A stretch of 64,000 nucleotides of DNA from Paragordius varius (taxonomy: Eukaryota > Animalia > Nematomorpha): NCBI GenBank assembly GCA_964247055.1, contig OZ176052.1, forward strand, positions 2,418,001 to 2,482,000, given 5' to 3'. Made by a program: the position numbers and the translations under genes. The notes beneath the pieces were generated by a model. That model did no database searches. It was not told the origin of the DNA and saw nothing but the letters and a program-made list of their open reading frames with translations. This document shows positions 27,221-41,995 of this stretch, piece by piece; position 1 is the first letter of the stretch, and every line of letters begins with the position of its first letter.

Positions 27221-30200
27221 TTAATCCACCATTTCGTCAGAAGAGTTATTTGTCGATTTATGCAGGGGAGTTTTTTCTTTCGTTTTATTATTTGAGTTGC
27301 TACTGTCAAATGATTTCCCTTCAATAATATCCATTATAATGGGTGAAATTTTTTCATGATGTTTCGTTTTGCAAAGCATTTTTAATTGGCATTTTTCATC
27401 CTCTGTTAATGTGCTACAATATTTGGTCACAAAACTCAATAAGCACTGATGCCAAATGACTGGTAAATTATCTGGTATCTGAGAAAATCTATCAAAAAAG
27501 TTAAATGAACATATATGATTCTAAGTTATATAAAAAACAACTTAAACTTATACAGTATGAGTAGTTTTACATCAAAGCATATTCAACAAAGAAAAATTTT
27601 ATTGGCTAATAATAGTAAAAAGTAAAAAACATTTAAAACCAATGATTGTTCCCTTTGCTGAATATATACTATATGGTAAAAATAATGGAAAACTAGCAAT
27701 GTATACTCACTTATATAATCAAAATTATTTCGTCTTCAAAGTTATATAAAAATTAACAACTTAATTTAAGAGATTATAAATGTTTTATCATGACTAATAA
27801 AAAGTTTTTGTTTTTAATGATTCGCTTCTTTTTCAAAAAGGTATTTTTGCTACAATTGCATAGATTTATTTAACCGTAATAAAATATAAAATAATAGAAT
27901 AATTACCCCTGAAAATAATCAATAAAAGCTTGAATGACTCTATCAGGTAACTCATATCCCTTATCTATTAATACGCGTAACATAAGGCAAATAGGTCCAC
28001 TGTAAACTGAAATGGGCTTTTCCATTTCTATTGAGATATAAAAAATAAATGGTATTTCACATTTAAAACGAATTTCGTAGGACAAAAATGACGAAAGCAT
28101 CGTCAAAAAGCGATGATGGCTTAAATTTTGTTATAAGCTATTTTGTTCTATTAAACTTAGAGTTTAAAATACAAAAGCAGTATAAATATTTATTATGGTA
28201 TATTTTGGTTAAATTATTAAAATTTCCCTGTTAAAATCTTCATCAAATAAAACAGACTGTAGTAAAAAAATCGTATAGTATCTACCGAAATCTAATGTAA
28301 CACCTAGTGTTTATGTTCAAATTTTAGTTTCATATCTGTTAAAAAATCATCGACTGCATTTTTCAGAAAATTGCAAGACAGATATATATTGGAATTTGGT
28401 ATGTGATAACGCTAAGTCAAATAGTTTTTCCTAATGATGAATGTTAACAAGCACAAAACTTCTCTGCAATAATTTGACAAAGGATCACATATCACTTTTT
28501 TCTATCTTAATTTTTGTTGAAAAAATTACTATTATACTACCAAATTCTTTTTTGCTACTAATCATGTTCGCTTGTCATTCGTAAAAAAATATGTTGATAA
28601 CGACCCTACCGTATAATATTATTAAGGCTAATTCAAAAATTTGGACATAGGTAAATAACATTGACGCACCAATATAATAAAAACAATCAATCAAAAATAA
28701 CTAGATATTACTTATTTTATGATTTAAAACGGTAAAATTTAGATAACATTAACAAGGTGCATTAGCTAAATTACAATTGCTATTTTAACTTCATTTTTTT
28801 ATTTAGTAGAAAACCTTATTTTCACCCGTTGAATCTAAAAAACACACCTTAAAGTAACATTTTCCTGTATATTAGATCAAAGTTAAACTATAACACGAGA
28901 ATTTATAAGCTTAATTATCAACAAACCTTTCTCACTGTTTTCTTCTAAAACATCTATTCCATTTTCCTCATGGGAAGAATTGGAGTAAGAAATCATTGAA
29001 ATTTCTAGCAATTTGCACATACAAGCAGCGGCATGCAGAGGTGTTATAGATTGTTTTTGAAGGACAGTACAAAATATGTAGGCTTCCCTTAGGGTACATG
29101 CAAAAGATGCATCATTGTTGTTTTTATTAACAACAGTAGTATAATAGTCAGATTTATTAGGATTGTAATTTGATGTTAATTGAAGAGAGCTTTGAGCTAA
29201 TGGAATAATGATACCTTTGAAAAAGGCTCCTTGTTTAAACATGGCTTTAAAGAGGGCCTGTTGTCATATTATATGTGTAAAATCAATTTTTTGAAATAAA
29301 ATTATAGGAATAAATTTTTTTAGGAACAAATTTTAGGAATTACTTTTATTCAAAATGTTAAAAAAATAGCAATTTAGTACATTAAATGACATACCTGGTA
29401 AAGGTGAAAATTGAGTTTTTTATATTCAGCAATATCATCACGAACACGTGGTAACAATATTTTATTGTAAAATCTAATGATGATAACAAAAATATAATTT
29501 TAAAAAAATATTTTGTGTAAAATGCGTGTAACACATATTTTCGCAACATTTAATTTTATTAATTAAATTATAACTGAATAAATCCTAAAATATTATAAAT
29601 ATAAAAAAGGTAAAAAGCACAAAATCAACCCTTTTTAAATTAAGCCCTCTCTTCTTCACTTAAGTTTCAAATTTATTTTTTAAAAAATATTTAGTGAATT
29701 TAATTTTTTTGTTATATGTATATTTATTTCAATGAATTTTTAAAAGCCAAGAATAATATAGGATAAAATATACTAGTTGAGTTAAATTTGGTTGTCAATA
29801 AAAACTTTAAAAAATATATTAAGTAATTAAAAAAGATGGTGTAATATATATATATATATATAATACATATATTAGTAACATCAAAACTTAAAAATTATCC
29901 TAATTCTAAAACATTTTAAAATTTATTACACATTTTCAAAAATTATTTAAAATAAATAATTGTTTAATTAACCTTTGAACTAAACGAGAATTAAGATTTG
30001 AAGCAAATAATTTGGTAGCAGCATTCATGGCGGCAGAAGACCAATCTGTAGGATTCGTTAATTCTAAAACAGCTTCCCAATCAGATAGGGAAGGGATCAC
30101 CTGTTTTATGGACAAATAAAAAGAAAATACAGTAAAAACTGAAATTATACGGACATAACGTACAAATATGTAAAGACAAATATTTTTTTCTAAAAGACAA

Positions 30201-33200
30201 CCATACTTTTTAAATCTTAATTTATTTCAATATAACTAACTCATTGTTTTGAATGGCAAAGTGTGAAATAGAGATATATATTACTAATACAATCAATTCT
30301 ATATTTAACAATTGTAACTAAGTAGCTTATATGGGAAACATTAAGGTTTAAATAAGTATGGTTGTCTTTTAGAAAAAAATATTTGTCTTTATATACTATT
30401 CAACGACTTAGACTGCTTTCTTATAAAAATCGAACAGACAGAGACAGAAAAGAATGGAAAACTATAATACTCTCTCCTCCTTTGAAAGAAGAAAATAGCG
30501 TATAAAGGAGATATAAATTATTATCATTCCTATTAATTGATAATAAATATGTAAATTCTGCAAAATATTGAATAAACAAATGTTCAATTTTGTTTTAGAC
30601 TACTTTTGTTAATTCTCAAACAACTTCAGATAATATGGAAGTTTTTTAAAAAAATAATGGACCCCATGTAGGAAAAATACCTGGCTTAATATTCGTATCA
30701 TGACCAAAAAAAATAAAATTTTAAAATTAAATATATATTGTAATATTTTAAGAATATATTAAAAAATATTAATCGGATTTTTTTATTATGCTAAAAGATC
30801 AGTGTAAGCTTATTAAAATTTTCAAAAAAATTTCCATTCATTTTGTAATAAAATATCCATAAATCCAATTAATTTGTTTCATATAAATACATAAAGCATA
30901 TAAATATAATTTTATATTTCACATCACATATTAGAACACTATTTAATTTTACTTTTTGTCCTACTTAATAACCCTGGAACAAAAACACCATTTAAAGCTA
31001 GAGGTAAATCATAAAATTTTTTACATCATTATAAAAGGACAGACACATTTTTTCTAAATAGCCATCAAAAAACGAAGAAAAACAAAAAAATTTACTTTAA
31101 ACGCTTTAGGCAATTTTCCACTCCTATATTGGGCCAAAACTGAGCCCACACTTTTGTAAAGGGTTTGAATTTGTGCATTTCTTAGCATTGGTGTAGTGGT
31201 ACAAGAAATGGAACTTTGAGTTTTTGGAAAAATACCGCTAAGAGTATCAGACATTAGTTCACTTTTACGTTCGGTGAGCCTTTCAGAAAATTGTTCAGCT
31301 AAAGCTTCGCGCACACTAAAATCTGATGACATAAATTGTTCAAATGCATCTATTTCAGATTGCGACATTGCCGTTTCTTCTGGTTTCTAAGAGGGGACGG
31401 TATATAGACAAAAAATTTTTTTATTATAGGAGAAAACCACATTTTTAACTGAATTTTTTTAAACTATCGTTTTAGGTTTCAAAATTGAGAATAGGTAGGT
31501 TATTATACAATAAAACATAAAAAGTAAAATATTTCCTATAATGTTAATCACATTTAACATGATTTATTCAAGATAACCTATAATTTAGGGTTTTTGATGA
31601 TGATAGGAGGTTAAAACACTAAATATTAATAAAACGGCTAAACGTTTAAAATTTAAGGGAAACATTTTCTTTAAAAAAACCATATTTTTCAGACATGAAA
31701 TTCAAAAATAAACTATTATTTTGGGATTTTAAAATCGGGAAGAATAGGGGGGTTAAAATACAATCAAATCATAATAAACACAGAAAAGTAAAATATTTAT
31801 ATATGCATAAATTATTATAAGATTTTTTCCAAATTTTATATCTTCTTGAAAAAATGATTATTATAATATTGGTGTAACCCAAAAATTTAATTATAATTAA
31901 ACAATTTATAAATTATTTTATAGAATTATATCTTTCTTTACGTATGTGAGACTATTATTATATTTATTTTAAAAAAGCGTGATAATTTAATTACTAACGT
32001 TATGGATAACTTAATAAAGAATAGTGATGTAAATTAGAATTTAATTTTATTTCTAATCTAGGCTTATAGAGGAATCAAAAACCAAAAATGTGGGTTTCTT
32101 TATTAAAAATATTATTATTAATTATAATCTTTGTAATTTTCATTTTCACAGTTAAAAAATTAACAGTTTATATCAGTGGTACTCACCAAAAAAATTTGAC
32201 GGGCCAAATAAAATATATTTTTTTTCGAGGGCCATAAACCTTTAATGGCAAATATTCCATAGCTATTTGACAAATATGCACATATTTATACTCTAAATCA
32301 GCACGAATTTTTTGCGTATCGCATGATCAAACTAAAAATCGTTTTGCACCATTTAGTTTAAAAAATTAAAATATTTTGATATTAACCAAAAACAAGCCAA
32401 TCTTAATACGTCGTCCATATGATCATCGGTTAAGTATATGTATTCATGACATACTTCATTTTTAAATATGCCGTCTCACACGTGTAAGTTGAGGGAAAAA
32501 CATTTAGGATAACTGAACACATTTTTTTATATTTTCATATTTATTTGGCACATCTTACCAAAACTCTACATATCTTTCTACTCTACGATTCTCCTTGAAT
32601 ATAGCCTCCAAATTGGAATTTTTGAAATCTACGAATTCTTTAATGATATGCGCCTGATCAAAACCGAAATGCTCAAATCGCTTAATATTGGATCCATATG
32701 CCAAGGATTTTAAATGAGTTGTAAGCAATTTTATTTTTAAAATTAAATCTGGATTTCATCTCATTATATAAATGTTAAATGATTGTCTATTAAATTAATC
32801 TCCGCGGGAAATTTTATATTTTCTTCATGAATCGTTTTAAGTGTTGGAAAATATGGGAGTATTTTATTTATAAAATCTGGATTATATATTGTTAATTTTT
32901 CTTTAAGAGCAATATTTGATTATCAAATTTTTGCTCCTTTGAAGACTTGTATTAAAAATACTAAGTTTGTAAGTAAAGTCGGAAAGGTTAATAAAATCCA
33001 CCATTTGTCACTATTAATTTCCTCGTCAATTCTATTTTTATGATAACAGAATTTCATAACTTAAAACAAAAAATCTATTTAATACTTTGCAAGGCTTAGC
33101 CACCTCACACCGGTGTACAAATAATATCATCAAACTCACTGTGGACATCTTTCAGAAGGTTTTTAATATACGGGATTTAAATACTCTGCCACGGATGTGG

Positions 33201-35242
33201 TTAATCATATCCACAACCGTTTTAATTACTGAATTTAATGATTCATCTTTTACACGCGAAACCAAGTTTTGCTGATGAATGAGGCATATCGAAAAAAGTG
33301 CTAACTATTTCGAGAAAACCTTCTTTCGTGGTATTATTCATTGGTACGTTGATTATGTTGTCTGCAAAATCTCACGAAGAGCTCATATTGAGGTGTTGAA
33401 CTAATATTAGTCCTAGAATCAATAGCATTAAAATATTTGCAGTTTTTCAGAGTTAATATTGTATTGTTAAAAATATATTTAGACATATTTTGAATGGGCC
33501 GAGCACATGTTTCAATCAGAAAGTTTAATTTTTTTAAATTTGCCTCATGATTTGATTTTTATTATGGAATTTATCAACAAAAAAATGCAACCATTTATAA
33601 GATATTCTTTTATTAGTTGGGAATCAGTAAACGTCATATTTTTCCTAAAATATAGCTTTCATACGAACCTAATGTTAAAGCTTTTTCCTGGGAACTATGG
33701 ACATAATAGATTCCTATAATTGCTTAATCTTTTTATATTTTTCGTTTCTTTCCTCATGATTTTCAGGTAATTTATGAAAATGGATTGTAAAATATCTTTC
33801 AATATTTTTTTATAATTATGTTGCCCTTACATATATGGCAGGTAACAACATTTTTATTTTAAACGACAAAGAATTTTTCTTCCCATTCTTTTTTAAGAAG
33901 CGATTTTCATCGGTAATTTACGTTTTTTAATTAGATGTCATCCTTTGAATTTATGTTCAAATATTATGTAGATTTTTTGAAAAAATTAGGAATATAATTT
34001 GAATTATGATATAATAAACAGGTCGAAATTTAATGATGTTATTTTGAAAAATATTTTATGGGAATAAGTTATAAAAAATGATGCAGGATAGCAATGAAAA
34101 GAATATGTGTATGGAGTTTGAGTGAAATGCTTGCTTAAATACAAAAAAGGAATGCAATAAAAATGTTAAAATAAAGAAAATAGAATACAGAAACAGAAAC
34201 ATGTGCCAAAATTTCGAAATCATTCTAATGTATGAAAATTTTTCTACATTCAAATTGGGTAAAAAATAAAAGTAACGAAAATTCGTTTATGTGTATTTTA
34301 AAAATTCATCAATAAAAAAATAATATAAGTATCAATTTGGTCATAGGGCAATTTAAGAGCGCTCTAAAGGCCGCATGCGGCCCGCGGTTTGAGTATCACT
34401 GGTTTATATTTTTATTATAGGTTGTTAAAAAATGCTTTATTATAAATTGGTTTTGCCGTAGCTTTTACATTTTTTATAAAAATAAATTTTGTACGAGAAA
34501 GATCATAAAATTTTTTTTTAGATGAAATAAAATTTTAGCTGACTAAAGATTTCTCAAAATCCATTCAATATTATAATTTTTTATATATTAAATATCTACG
34601 CAGTTAAACTCAAAAGAACTTGATTTTTATAATTAGCTGTAAAAAATGCAGATGGATGGCGAAAAAATTAGAGAAATGTAAAAGAAAAGACACATAACAT
34701 AATCAGAATATTACTTTTATCAAAAAACATAAAGATAAGAGATGTAAATTAATAACACGAAATACTTCACATTAGTAATCTATATATTTACAAAAATGGA
34801 GGGATCAAAAATAGGGGTTTTCATAACAAAAAATGGTCTTTTACGTTGCAAAAATTGTGTCAAATTTTATTTATTACTGAATATCTTACCTGATGATCGG
34901 AGACATGTTTAACTTTGGGTTTATCTTCTTCGTTATAGGTAATTAAATTGATGGATGAATCCCAAATTTCTTTTTGAGATGGAGGGTTCACAGCAGATTC
35001 TTGCTCGTTCTCTTCTGATAATTGTTCACGCGCTTGGGCTAAAATTTTGTTTGTAAGTTTAGAATCAATGACCTGTAAATTATTATATGCAAAAATCTTA
35101 CCAAACTATCCTCCTCAAATTTAACTTTCTTAGGCCTTCTAAATTTTTCTTTCGTTTGTTTTTGAAGCTGTTCATGTAAGGGCCCACTCTTTCTTTTTTC
35201 AAACCCTGGTTTTTTGTCCAATCTTCGTTTTAGTTTACCCAT
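27221..35242 (-). CDS. BYSL: Bystin (Enp1), 40S ribosome biogenesis factor, 513 aa. Exons (minus): 35242-35102, 35072-34890, 31386-31096, 30100-29973, 29473-29395, 29257-28927, 28027-27907, 27488-27221
   Basis: [103 protein letters not shown]. Phases consistent (1542 nt). Confidence 0.96.
30130..30395. mobile_element. MITE family B, right arm truncated, in BYSL intron 3
   Basis: TA|CAGTAAAAACTGAAATTATACGGAC... left arm; right arm stops at AAATATTTGTCTTTATA. Confidence 0.65.
32174..34401 (-). mobile_element. Decayed hAT transposon of the Buster/SPIN/Charlie group in BYSL intron 2
   Basis: TIRs CAGTGGTACTCA / TGAGTATCACTG; perfect 8-bp TSD GTTTATAT (32166-73, 34402-09) fitting NNNTANNN. Minus-strand remnants [37 protein letters not shown] at about 33070-33300. 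Confidence 0.9.
35073..35101 (-). other. 29-nt micro-intron (BYSL intron 1)
   Basis: GTAAGATTTTTGCATATAATAATTTACAG; removal gives [23 protein letters not shown]. Confidence 0.9.
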
Positions 35243-35274
35243 TTTTGGTACGGTTTACATGTGAAGTCCTTCGC
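35243..35274. promoter_or_regulatory. 32-bp spacer between the divergent BYSL and NOC3L start codons; putative bidirectional promoter core
   Basis: TTTTGGTACGGTTTACATGTGAAGTCCTTCGC lies between CAT (35240-42) and ATG (35275-77), with central palindrome ACATGT and E-box CATGTG. Promoter function is inferred. Confidence 0.7.
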
Positions 35275-38200
35275 ATGGGATTTAAAAGAAAACGCATAAG
35301 TAAAACCAAACCAGTACGTTCAGCAGATTCAGATGAAGAGGCTGAAATTGATTTTATCCAAAATATTTATGATGAGGATTCAAATTTATATTATATTTCC
35401 AAGTATTTGTTTGAAAGTTTATATTTTATAGAAAATTAAATAAAGCTGGTGTAAAGTTAGAAGATGAATTAGAATGCGAAAAAAATCCAAGAATTGTTAA
35501 ACAATCAAATTTGAGAGCACTCCTGCCGATTAAGAAGGATGGAAAAATTATACCAATCTTTGATGCCAAACCTAAAGTCGTATATGGTATGTATATTTAT
35601 TTAAATTATCGTAGCTGATGATTTACCGACTCCTGTGCTAAAGAAAAAGACCGAAAAACAACCCATACAAAATTTTGAAAACTTGGAAGAATTTAAAATG
35701 TATCTTTCACGTGTTTCAAATCAAATATTGTCGAATCCAGAACAAAATGTATACAGTTTTTTATAATATATTGAGTATGATTGAATATAAATTAACCAAT
35801 CTATTTAAAAAACTTGCACATTGATAACATGGCATCAAAATATTAAAAAAATTATTAAAATTGGTTAAAAAACTTAAGAATATATTAAAAATTGCTAATA
35901 ATTTTTTTCCTGGTTATTGTCTCCCTGATCAATTTATTAAAAAATTTATTTTAGCTGTAGAATAAAAACAAGATATTTTACTAAATTGAAATAAAAATGC
36001 GATGTAACAATATTGATATGGAACTTTTTTAAAAATCAAAATTTACAGTAAAAACTTAAATTATACGGACAAAACGCAAAAAAAGGCAAATATTTTTTTT
36101 AAAAGACAAGCATACTTTTTAAAATCTAAATTTTCTCCATATAAATGATTTATTTTTAATTTATGATTGATTGTTTTACCAATATATATCTCTATTCCAT
36201 ACTTTGCAATTTTAAACAATTATTTAAATAATAAAAAATCAAGATATAAAAAGTATGGTTGTCTTTTAAAAAATATTTGTCTTTATACGTTTTGTCCGTA
36301 TACTTTTAATTTTTACCGTATTTTTATAATTTAGCCTCTTTTATAAAATTTTTATTTGGAGCAGAATTTTTTATAATCCTAATGTATTAATATCAATTTG
36401 AAGTTCGCTTAATAGATTCGATTGGAGAGACTAGTTTTATAATTTCATCAAAAGAATTTATTTTTTGGCATTTAATCAATCCCATTTATAGATTCATTCT
36501 ATTACAAAACTTATACGTTACCTTCAATGTAAAAACCGTCCCTTTATATTGAGTCAAGATAACTCAATTCATTCTCAAGAGGCTAACACGCAAAAAGCAA
36601 TTATATTAATTATAGCTTCATTGACTGAGATATTTCGAGATATTATCCCGGGATATAAAATCCGGAAAGCCACCGAACAAGAAAAAGATCAAATGGCAAA
36701 GAAAGAAACGAGAGAATTACGAAAATTTGAGGAGCTCCTGCTAAACTATTATGGCAAATTTTTTGCAATCACAAAGCGTTTTGCAACTCAAAAAAGTATT
36801 TTTAATTTCATGCATAAGATATACAGAAAAGTTTGAATATTTTTTTATTTCCTATAAATTAACTTAACATGAAACATAAAAAGAATGCTGTTTTCATATT
36901 AAACTGATTTGTTAAGAGATCTCTTGCTCGAAATCTATAATAAAACCTAGTTTTATGTAAAAATTAAATTTTATATTGACTTATTCATTTATACAATTAT
37001 ATTTCCTGTTACCGACTGCATTTATACCAAAACTGTAATGATATTTTTATATACAAATTTGTTAAAAGTTGCGCAGTGTTAACAACCACTGAACTAGTCT
37101 TTGATTACTATTGGCGAAGCGTATAACATATTATTTTATTTTTTGTTAAAACATTGACCATGCAAATATAATTTTACAAAAACTATCTTGTAAAATGGCT
37201 AGTCATTTATGAGCCATCTCTACTATTATTCGATCATGACAGCGGTTTCATATTGGCAATATTCTTATTTTTCCCAATAATTAAAAAATGGTCATTCTAC
37301 TTTTTACGGTTATTGCTTAAAGATTGTAAAAAGGAATTTATTATTTTTTTGTTTTGGAGAACTTTTGATTCGCCTAAATATTTGAGATGAGATTTTTTTC
37401 CTAAGTTAATAGTTCAGCACTTAAAAAATTATGTTTTGATATTGAGAAATACCCCTAGCTATTATTTTTTGTAGTATAAATATATAAAACACTCATGCAG
37501 AAATAATGAATATATTTTTTTGCATATCATTAAAACATAGGGTTGGTTTTTGAATACTGCTAGTTGAGGTATTAACTCTTCTTGGCCGCACCACATTTAT
37601 TAAATATTCAAAAAAATGGAAATAGTACATGTGGGTATTTAAATACATAATTTTATTTTTATATACACTTTAATCGCTATATTTATTCGTGTAAGGCTTG
37701 CTAAGTGTTTTGTTGAGTAACGCTTGCTGAAACATTTAAGTTTGAATATTTGCTGGCCCTGTAACGCTTCGCTGTGACTTAGTCTCACTGATATTTGCAA
37801 TAAATAGATGTGATGGAGATAAAATATGAAAAACATATAAAATAAAAAGTCTTTAATTATTCTTTTACGGGTTTTCGCATTGTTTACTCGAAAGTGACCA
37901 TATTTAAACTGTCCCATATGAAAGTTAATATTCAATTATCATTGGATTTCATTTAAGATTTCGTTTTTCGAAATTATGGTTGAAAGTTTTATTTTGTTGT
38001 GTTCACACAGCTGGGATCAAAGGATATAAAAAGTAACTTATTTTTTTTTAAAGGAAAGAATGATATACAAATTCGCCAGAAATGTGTTAAACTGAACTTC
38101 TATGTCTTCTTAAGTTTTTTAATCATCTCCAAAACCACGCCATTTTTGTATGGCGTCTCAGTTTTGAACCGGTAGACCCCTACCCATAGACCTATATGGA

Positions 38201-41200
38201 AAAGCGCTGAGCTAAAATCTTTTCCTTTATAGGGCAAATATTTGGAATCATCTTTAATTCCATCGTCTCATGGGGTTTTTGAAACCTCAACACTAAATTA
38301 TCGTTATGTGATGGCGCATTTTTAGGGGAATAAAGGGCCCAAATTAACGGCTGATTAAAAAGAGCCCGACCTTAATTTTTATCTAGTTAGGGTAATATTT
38401 CAAGCTTTTAATGAACTTATATGGCTTCATGAATTTTATGTAAATTAGTTTCAAAACAACGCAATTCCTATATAGTGGCGCAGTTTTTGGCTGGGAGCTC
38501 CTTACCCAGGGGGTAAAAAAAGCGTTGGGCAAAATTTTTGTCTTTATTTGGGGAATATCTGGAATTATCATGGATTCCATATGTTCCTATTAGACACATA
38601 GGTTTTCTGAAATTTGGCTCCAAAGGCATGTTGTATTGATATGATGTCGCAGTTTTATGCGGGTAGTCCCCTAACCAGGAGCGAAATAAAAAAACGCTCG
38701 ATTAAAATTTTTGCCTTAATTCGAGGAAAACCTGAAATCATGACTGATTCTATATGCTCACGTGGGATTTTCGAAAAATTGTCTCAAAGCCAATAAGTCA
38801 TTCTATGGTGGCGCATTTTTTAGGGCAAGGGCCTAATTAATCGGTAATTTAATAAAACCACTTTACTTAAATTTTTACGGATAATATTGCAAGCCCTTAT
38901 TGAACTCATTGGCCTGATATGTTTTCTAAATTTTGCCTCCATACTCAGGCTGTATCGATATGGTGCGGAGTTGTAGGCGGATAGCTCACTGCCCAGAGGC
39001 CAATGTAAAAAAGACGTTTGCTTAAAATTTCTGCCTTTATAGGGGAATGCTTGGAATCGTCATTCATTCCATATGTTCTTAATAGTTTTTGGAAGAATGG
39101 CTTCAAAACTATAGTTGAATGATAGCGCATTTTTTAGGGCGTAAAGGGCATTGACGGCTAATTTTAAAAAACCGCTCGACTTAATTGCCTTTTTACGGGT
39201 AATAATTCAAGCTCTCATCAAACTTATATGGCCTGATAAGTTTCTGAAAATCAACTCCTAAACAACGCAAATTTGATATGGTGGCGCAGTTTTAGGCGGG
39301 TAGCTCCCTATCCAGAGGCTGATACAAAAAAGGCGCTTGATTAAAATTTTGCTTTTTACAGAGAATACCTGGAATCATGATTGATTCCATATGCTCTTAT
39401 TAGTTTTTGGAAAAATTGCCTCAAAATTAAAATATCATTCTATGGTGGCGCATTTTTTCAGGGTGTGAAGGGCCTAATTAAAGACTAATTTTAAAAAGCC
39501 GCACGCTAAAATTTATGTCTTGTTACGGGTAATATTTTAAGCACGGATGGAACTCATATGGCCTGATAGGTTTTCTGAAATTTAGCCCCAAAGGCACGCT
39601 ATTCGATATGACGGATCAGTTTTTAGAATAAAAAACACACGTCTAAAGTTTTTGCCTTTTAACAGGGAATACGTGGAATCCTTATTGAATTTTTCGGTCT
39701 CATACCTTGGGCGAAAAATAAATTCAAAAAATTATTTTTGTAGGCAGTTTTTTTTGAAAAAAATGGCATTTTACGGGGGGAGCGGGTAAAAAGAGTGCCT
39801 AAATCAAAAAAGCGGACCGACTATGTTCGGCGCAATAGATAAAAAAAGTAAAAAAAAATCATATTTGAAATCAAATGATTCAACACGTTTTCCGGAAAAT
39901 TGTCTCAAAAACACGCTTTTTGTGGACTTTTGTTTTCAAAAAAAACCGTTTTTACACGGGGTCGACCCGAACTGGGGGCCTAATCCAAAAAAAGAGCTAT
40001 TGTCGGGGCATTCATAAATGATTATATTTTTTAACATTTGGATTTAAATGGGTCTACCAGTTTTTCGGAAACAGATCACAAAGTCAGCATTTTCCATTTT
40101 TATAAAAATATAGATATAGCCTAATGTAATAGGTCATTTTTTAATTATTATAATATTTTACATTGCTTTACCGTATACATATGCTCAAAAAGTTTTAAAA
40201 TAGTGAAAGCTATATTAATTTATTCTAGAATATCGAACCGCTAAAACAAATCAAACTTCCATGCTAATTATTGCTCGTTCACAACTAATTATCCAATCTT
40301 GGGGCGAATTAGTACGGTGTAAACCACACTTTAATTGTAACAAAGAAATTATACACGCCCTTGTCCCCAATCTAAATCACAAAATTGAAAAGGTATAACA
40401 ATACTTTACACAAATTTTATATTTCTATTATAATAAGACAATAAATAGTAGATAGCCCTCATAATGAACCCAATTATGAATCAAACATGATATCCGCATT
40501 ATGACATTTTTTATTAAATTACATTTTTAAATCTAAATTATAATATTAAATTTTTTATATAACAAGGATTAATTGATTCCCTTAAAAAATATAATTAATA
40601 AAAAATACATTTTTTTGTTTTTAAGACTTTAAAACGGCTTAAAAATATCCATAGACTAGTTACTTTGTGGCAAAATATAAAGAACAATTAGCGAATCGGA
40701 ACCAAATATAATACTAATTATTTAAAAATTCGCAATTTTAAATAGCCTAATTAGATTTTTGAAAAAAAAGATTCTTTTGGTAGGAGTTGTAATCTACATT
40801 GGCGTTTCAATCTTATATTCAACCAAAAATTAAAATCTTTAAAATGTATATACTATGATGGCTATTTCATATACACATTTTAGATACGTGAAGTTGCAAT
40901 GGACGTTATTAAGGGTATTTTGTTAAAGGGTGATACTGGGCACAGCAACAATGTTAGTTTATCACTTGAAATTGTCCAAGCTATCAATCAATATTTACGG
41001 GCCAAAAAATTTAGGGCCGTTCGTCCTGACGTGTTAGATGCCTTACTTTGGTTAAGGATTGATGATATAAATGCCCATATAGCGGCTCAAATGTCGCAAT
41101 TCAAAGAATCTGATTTAAAGGCCAGAAAACTAAAAAAAATTGACGTTAAAGGGAAACGGGATAAATTTTCCAAGAAAAAAGTTGTTTCTGCCACCAATAA

Positions 41201-41952
41201 AAAAATGTCTGCGGGCGATTCAGCAAAAAAGTTTTTATCACGCAAACAGTTTAAGGTAGTGATTTTTAAAGATGTTTTTGATTTGGTGTATGATGTGTCT
41301 TTTTTAGTTTTAATAATAAGGGATATTTTGCACGGTTAAAGCTTAATTTTTTGATTCCAAATGCAGTGTTTTGTAATACTTGAGACAAATATTTTACTTT
41401 TTTAATACCATGCTATTTGGTTTTTTAAACACAAATTATCATTCTTTTTTGTGGTATGACAATGAACCACCATATCGATCTAAAAAATTCGAACCTAAAA
41501 TAAATCATTGGTTACCGATATTAAACTCATAATATTTTTATCATCTTTATTTTTATTCTTTGAATTCAAACAATAACTTACTATTTAAAATAATCATTAG
41601 AAATCTAAGGCACTGGAACAATTTAAACGTGAAGTTGATACATTGGGAAACGCGGTATCCCTTAATTACAATAAACATAAAAACGATGCAACAATATGTA
41701 ATACCATCTTCACCATATACTTTAAAATTTTACGGAGTTTCCATCAAACTTACCATACAAATAATAATGATAATAATTTAAATGATGACAACACAGTCAT
41801 TGATAATAAGCGATTAAGTGGTAAAAGTATTGCATTACTTTCCGCAGCTCTAAGGGGTCTGGCTCAGTTTGCTCGTTTGATTAACATTGAAATGTTTCAT
41901 GACTTGATTGATACTTTGTATCAAATTTCAATCAATAAAGTAATTACGTGGC

Positions 41953-41995
<43 letters not shown>

